Assembly (NCBI GenBank): GCA_016840515.1
Contig: JAEOSF010000036.1
Span: 3,959 to 35,958 of the forward strand
Length of the DNA: 32,000 bases
Direction of reading: 5' to 3'
From: Candidatus Borrarchaeum yapensis
Lineage (GTDB): Archaea; Asgardarchaeota; Sifarchaeia; Borrarchaeales; Borrarchaeaceae
A program made the translations under genes and the position numbers. The notes under the pieces were generated by a model. That model did no database searches and was not told the origin of the DNA. It saw only the letters and a program-made list of their open reading frames with translations. This document shows, piece after piece, positions 28,065 to 32,000 of the stretch; positions within the stretch are counted from its first letter, which is position 1, and every line of letters begins with the position of its first letter.

Positions 28065-28511
28065 TATCTCGCTTTTCTTGATAAGGGTTTCATAGCGTTC
28101 ATAAGAATTTTAAAATTTGAAATAAGTCTCCTTAGATCTATATATTTTCAATAAAATTTAAGGATATTCATCATTTTTGCCGTTATTCTTATTAAATTTA
28201 CAGAATGTTCATTAGAATTGACAAGAAGTTTCTTAGAAATGACAAAAGGTTCTACTATTTTTGTTAAGGTTACACTCAATCTTGATAGAAAATTCATCGA
28301 ATGATAGGAAAACTACTACAAATTTCGAACTGGTTCCTTCTTTCAAATGTCTAACAAATCAGTTGAATTTTCCCATAATTACTTAGAACAATGATAGAAT
28401 TGGTCAGATAATGAAATAACCGCCTGCAATTGTTATTGCGAATATTATTCCATTTATAAACAAATTAAAATTTCAACTAAGTTCTTTCAATAATGATTGA
28501 GCACCGCAACT

Positions 28512-28537
28512 AATCCGCGATCCTTATATAATTAGAT
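28512..28537 (+). repeat. 26-nt direct repeat copy 1 (AATCCGCGATCCTTATATAATTAGAT), TATA-box-like core
   Basis: 25/26 identical to copy 2, which lies 113 nt downstream. The TTATATAA core resembles an archaeal TATA box. Degenerate similarity extends about 30 nt upstream of both copies. Confidence 0.8.
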
Positions 28538-28583
28538 TCGAAGGTCTGAGTAATTGCTCTGTCCGAAATACCCATCTGGGGCT
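28537..28583 (+). other. orphan tRNA 3' fragment (T-loop + 59/60-type intron + T-stem 3' strand + acceptor 3' strand + U73)
   Basis: UUCGAA[GGUCUGAGUAAUUGCUCUGUCCGAAAU]A-CCCAU-CUGGGGC-U aligns block for block with the 3' part of tRNA-Thr(GGU). No matching T-stem 5' strand (AUGGG) or acceptor 5' strand (GCCCCAG) occurs upstream. Confidence 0.65.
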
Positions 28584-28624
28584 TTATTCAATTTACTTCA
28601 AGTTTTAATAATTTTCCCCAATTA

Positions 28625-28650
28625 AATCCGCGATCCTTATATAATCAGAT
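28625..28650 (+). repeat. 26-nt direct repeat copy 2 (AATCCGCGATCCTTATATAATCAGAT), TATA-box-like core
   Basis: See copy 1. Lies about 225 nt upstream of the CDS at 28875. Confidence 0.8.
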
Positions 28651-28874
28651 CAGTTGTACTGAGCGGTAACTCCTTCAACGTTTCTTTGAATTATAGGTTA
28701 AATATCTTCAATCAAAAAACTAGATAACAAGTAATTGATGAATAAATGTAGTAGAGGGCGTAAAAATTTAATTATACGAAAAATTGAAGTAGAGGCGCAA
28801 AACTTTATTTATTATAGTTCAGTTATTAAGGTGAATAAAATTAGTGGATTTAAGAACGAAATGTTGGTGATTTT

Positions 28875-29771
28875 TTGCAGTTAATTGACGCTTTTCAAGG
28901 ACTTATTAACTCATTAGCGGCCTCAACGGGCTTAGCCGCTGTTATTTTTGAATTAATCTTTGTTGTCGTTATTCTTGTAGTGCTTGTCATTGGAGGATAT
29001 TTTGCAGGAAAATCTGTAGGAGGAGGAAAAGAATCCTCAGCAACTTCTAAACTTCTAATCCCATCTGAAGGATATTCCATAGATGAAAGTATTTCTATAG
29101 ATGAAGTAACTCAAACTCAAGAAACTCTGCAAATACTCGAAGTTGAGAAGACATCAGCAACACAGGCGATTAAAAGTGCAGAAAAAGCCTACAAAAGTAA
29201 AAAAATTAGCCCATCTGCATATCAAAAACTTATGGAACTATATTCTGAACGACTTGAAAAAATCAATTCCGAAATATCACGCCGAACAAGTGTTGTAAAA
29301 GTAGGGACTTTAGAAGCAGAATTCGAACGTGCAAGACAAGAAGCCCTTGTAGAATTGAAAGGAGAACCAGAAGAAGTTACTGAACTAGGTGTTCCAGAAG
29401 CAGGATTAATAGAAGAATCTGAAGTTCTAGAAGGACCTGCAACTCCAGCAGGACCGCCCACAGGTCCCCCTACAGGACCGCCCACAGCACCCCCTACAGG
29501 ACCGCCCACAGCACCCCCTACAGCACCACCTACAGCCCCCCCTACGACTCCACCTGCAGGGCCACCTACAGCACCCCCAACGACTCCACCTGCAGGGCCA
29601 CCTACAGCACCCCCTACAACGACTGAAACTCCCACAGCACCCCCAACGACGCCTCCAGCACCTGGAGAAGATCTTGTTGAAGCAGGAATGGCGACAGTTG
29701 CTTCACTAAGATCAGAAATGTTAAATGAGCTAAGAAGACTCAAAAAATATATGCAGAAACCACCTGCTTAA
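28875..29771 (+). CDS. membrane-anchored coiled-coil protein with Pro/Thr-rich (PPTx) repeat region, TTG start
   Basis: N-terminal TM helix, a predicted coiled-coil middle, then (G/A)PPT(G/A)PPT repeats and a short basic tail. Confidence 0.65.
   Translation: MQLIDAFQGLINSLAASTGLAAVIFELIFVVVILVVLVIGGYFAGKSVGGGKESSATSKLLIPSEGYSIDESISIDEVTQTQETLQILEVEKTSATQAIKSAEKAYKSKKISPSAYQKLMELYSERLEKINSEISRRTSVVKVGTLEAEFERARQEALVELKGEPEEVTELGVPEAGLIEESEVLEGPATPAGPPTGPPTGPPTAPPTGPPTAPPTAPPTAPPTTPPAGPPTAPPTTPPAGPPTAPPTTTETPTAPPTTPPAPGEDLVEAGMATVASLRSEMLNELRRLKKYMQKPPA
29455..29650 (+). repeat. in-frame 12-nt-periodic tandem repeats encoding PPTx, including a 36-nt unit duplicated at 29544-29579 / 29580-29615
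   Basis: Direct reading shows the two 36-nt units differ at one position. The antisense ORF 29222..29743 is a repeat artefact. Confidence 0.8.
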
Positions 29772-29849
29772 TCTTCTTCTCTATTTTTTAGATTTTTAAA
29801 AAAATTTTTTGCAAAAGCATACGTCTACGTTTCTGTTGCTAATTTTCAA

Positions 29850-30536
29850 TTAAAGTTTTGTTAATATTTTTACGCCTTTTTCTGAGCCTACGTAGACAAT
29901 ATCAGCCATATTTACGAACAAACCGTTTTCAATTACGCCTGGAATTGAGTTTAGTTGTTTTTCCATTTTATTATAATCTCTAATTTTTAGATCAAATATA
30001 TCGATGATAAAATTGCCATTGTCTGTCACCACAGGTCCAAGTTTTCTATTGCTCATTCGAACTTGAGGAATACCAAATTCTTTGAGTTGATTAAGTACAG
30101 TCGATTTAGCGAAAGGAATCACCTCAAGAGGAAGAGGGGCGATTTCTCCTAGGGTTTTAACAAGTTTACCCTCATCCACTAAGATCACGAGAAGTTTTGC
30201 GGCACACCCAACAATTTTTTCTTTTGTAAGTGCAGCGCCTCCTCCTTTTATGAGATTCAAATTGGGATCTACTTCATCTGCCCCATCAACAGCTAATGTT
30301 AAAGATGGATGCTCATCTAAGGTAGTTAAGCGAATGCCTGAAGAGATACACAACTGTGCAGTATCATATGAAGTTGGCACAGCCATAATATCTATCTCTT
30401 CGTTTTTAATTCTCTGACCAACCAATTTTATTACTTGCTTAACAGTTGAGCCACTGCCCATTCCAATGATCATTCCATCTTTTATGTGTTCAAGCGCAGC
30501 TTCTGCAGCCATCTTTTTGAACTCTTCACGATCCAT
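29850..30536 (-). CDS. rpiA: ribose-5-phosphate isomerase A
   Basis: GMGSGSTV, DGADEVD and KGGGAALTKEK motifs. 228 aa. Confidence 0.93.
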   Translation of the reverse strand: MDREEFKKMAAEAALEHIKDGMIIGMGSGSTVKQVIKLVGQRIKNEEIDIMAVPTSYDTAQLCISSGIRLTTLDEHPSLTLAVDGADEVDPNLNLIKGGGAALTKEKIVGCAAKLLVILVDEGKLVKTLGEIAPLPLEVIPFAKSTVLNQLKEFGIPQVRMSNRKLGPVVTDNGNFIIDIFDLKIRDYNKMEKQLNSIPGVIENGLFVNMADIVYVGSEKGVKILTKL

Positions 30537-30622
30537 AAATCATTCCCTCTATAGTTGATTAAACTATTGTTGTTGATTCCCATTAAATTTAAGGATATTA
30601 TATTACTTTTTGGCGAAATCAA

Positions 30623-31999
30623 CTATCCAGAAAAAGTGGTTACGGAAATTCTTTGTCCTTCTTGCAATGTTCTAAGAAGTTTTTTTCCATCCTTAGATGT
30701 CTTTCTTATTCTACAAACATCTTTTGTTCCTATTTTAGCGGTTAGAAGTTGTTTTCCATTCGCATAGAGAGTCAATATCTCGTTTGAGTGCCCTGGAGCC
30801 ATAATCATAATAAATTTCTTTTTGACCGCAATATCGAGCGGAATCTCGCTTTCTACCATATCTTCAAATTCACGAACCTCTATTTTGATGCCCAATTGTT
30901 GTTCGATTTCCCTGATTTTTAGACCGCTTTTTCCAATTATTTGGGGAACATATTCTTTGTTTGTTCGTACTATGATTCTATTTTCTGAAAGTGGCTCTAT
31001 TTCGAGAGGGGCATAAGGTACGTATTGTTCGAATACTGAAAGAATAGATTCCCGTCGCTCTTCAGATAGTTTTGGGATAACTTTCTTTTTTTCTGCGGCA
31101 CTTATAGGGATAACTACAACTTGTTCGCCAAAAGTATACAGTTCGTACAACAACTTATCTGTATCAAAATCTCGTATTTCAATGATTGGTCTGGAAAGGT
31201 CAGCTTCAAACATCCCATGTGGAACTTTAACTACCATTTGCAAATAATAAACACTATCTATGCGCCCTGAGTCCATGTATATGACAGTATCCACTATTTG
31301 TGGAATAATTCCTAATTCTACACGTCCAATTAGACGTTGAATTGCATCAACTGGTCGACTCGTATGGACCACTCCAAGCATTCCAACTCCTGCCATTCGA
31401 AAGTCTGCGAAGACCCGAAAATCAACTGTACGTCTCATCTCGTCGAAGGCCACAAAATCAGGTCTTATAAGAAGGAGCAGTTCGGCGGCTTTTTCAAAGT
31501 CACCCTCCAATGGAGCATATTGCGTAATTGTTGGACCTACCTGCAAGTCACGTGGCCTTTCAAGAGTTGCCACATTTTGTTTTTCTGCAAATAAATTAGC
31601 TATTGCTTGAACAAAAGTTGATTTACCTGATCCAGGTCTTCCCGCTATAATAATTCCTTCTGCTTGCTCTTCAATTCTTTGTCTAAGTCTTTCTGATAAT
31701 TCATAATCGCCAAGGGTTTTCGTCACAATAGGGCGAACTATGGTGACCTCAGATTTATCGGAAAATGGTGGATGCGTAATGACGATTCGGAGTTCTTTCA
31801 CCTGTAATACTGTAGCTCCTGGCTCGTCTACCTCTACAAAAGAATCTCTTTCAGTTTTAGCTCTCTCAATTAAATCTGTAGCAATACTCTGCAATTCACT
31901 GCGCTTCATTGGAAGATCGTCAACCTGTTCAAGATACCATTTCCCAGGCGTACCTCTTTTCGCCATTGGAGGCACTCCTTCTCGTAGATGCACAGACAT
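30623..31999 (-). CDS. PilT-like ATPase with C-terminal KH domain (COG1855 type); possibly 5'-truncated by the window edge
   Basis: Walker A GRPGSGKST and a C-terminal KH motif IIGKSGLKIREIE. Family members usually carry an N-terminal PIN domain that would lie beyond position 32000. Confidence 0.82.
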   Translation of the reverse strand: MSVHLREGVPPMAKRGTPGKWYLEQVDDLPMKRSELQSIATDLIERAKTERDSFVEVDEPGATVLQVKELRIVITHPPFSDKSEVTIVRPIVTKTLGDYELSERLRQRIEEQAEGIIIAGRPGSGKSTFVQAIANLFAEKQNVATLERPRDLQVGPTITQYAPLEGDFEKAAELLLLIRPDFVAFDEMRRTVDFRVFADFRMAGVGMLGVVHTSRPVDAIQRLIGRVELGIIPQIVDTVIYMDSGRIDSVYYLQMVVKVPHGMFEADLSRPIIEIRDFDTDKLLYELYTFGEQVVVIPISAAEKKKVIPKLSEERRESILSVFEQYVPYAPLEIEPLSENRIIVRTNKEYVPQIIGKSGLKIREIEQQLGIKIEVREFEDMVESEIPLDIAVKKKFIMIMAPGHSNEILTLYANGKQLLTAKIGTKDVCRIRKTSKDGKKLLRTLQEGQRISVTTFSG

Positions 32000-32000
32000 T

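Noticed and set aside
28512-28650. The two 26-nt direct repeats as a mini CRISPR array
   Set aside because: There are only two copies, the spacer is 87 nt, the repeat core is a TATA-like box with no palindromic stem, and one side abuts tRNA-derived sequence.
29222-29743. 173-aa Gly/Val-rich ORF on the minus strand
   Set aside because: It is the antisense reading of the PPTx repeat tract in the 28875..29771 gene, a low-complexity artefact.

Overview
AT-rich archaeal chromosomal segment. The archaeal call rests on an archaeal-type DnaG, archaeal/eukaryal-type PheRS alpha/beta, an archaeal PPAT, an SRP RNA with the archaeal helix-8 motif, and bulge-helix-bulge (BHB) tRNA introns. Protein genes are mostly housekeeping: SAH hydrolase, MetRS, TyrRS, PheRS, DnaG, RidA, PepA, RpiA, an Lrp regulator, a group II decarboxylase and a PilT-like ATPase. 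I found no defence island or CRISPR array. The main finding is in the RNA genes. The window holds a 5S rRNA, an SRP RNA, an unclassified GC-rich structured-RNA candidate, and six tRNA genes. Five of the six are far too long. By hand-folding they appear to contain 16 introns in total: tRNA-Met 5, tRNA-Trp 4, tRNA-Leu 3, tRNA-Pro 2 and tRNA-Thr(GGU) 2, mostly at non-canonical positions. The set includes a recurrent ~28-nt T-loop intron family and a 5-nt anticodon micro-exon in tRNA-Met. Just downstream of the Met-Leu-Thr cluster lie a free-standing double-motif LAGLIDADG endonuclease gene broken by a single in-frame TGA, an orphan tRNA 3' fragment carrying the same T-loop intron type, and a duplicated 26-nt TATA-containing module. 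All RNA folds were done by eye. Intron boundaries are inferences and need covariance-model and RNA-seq confirmation.
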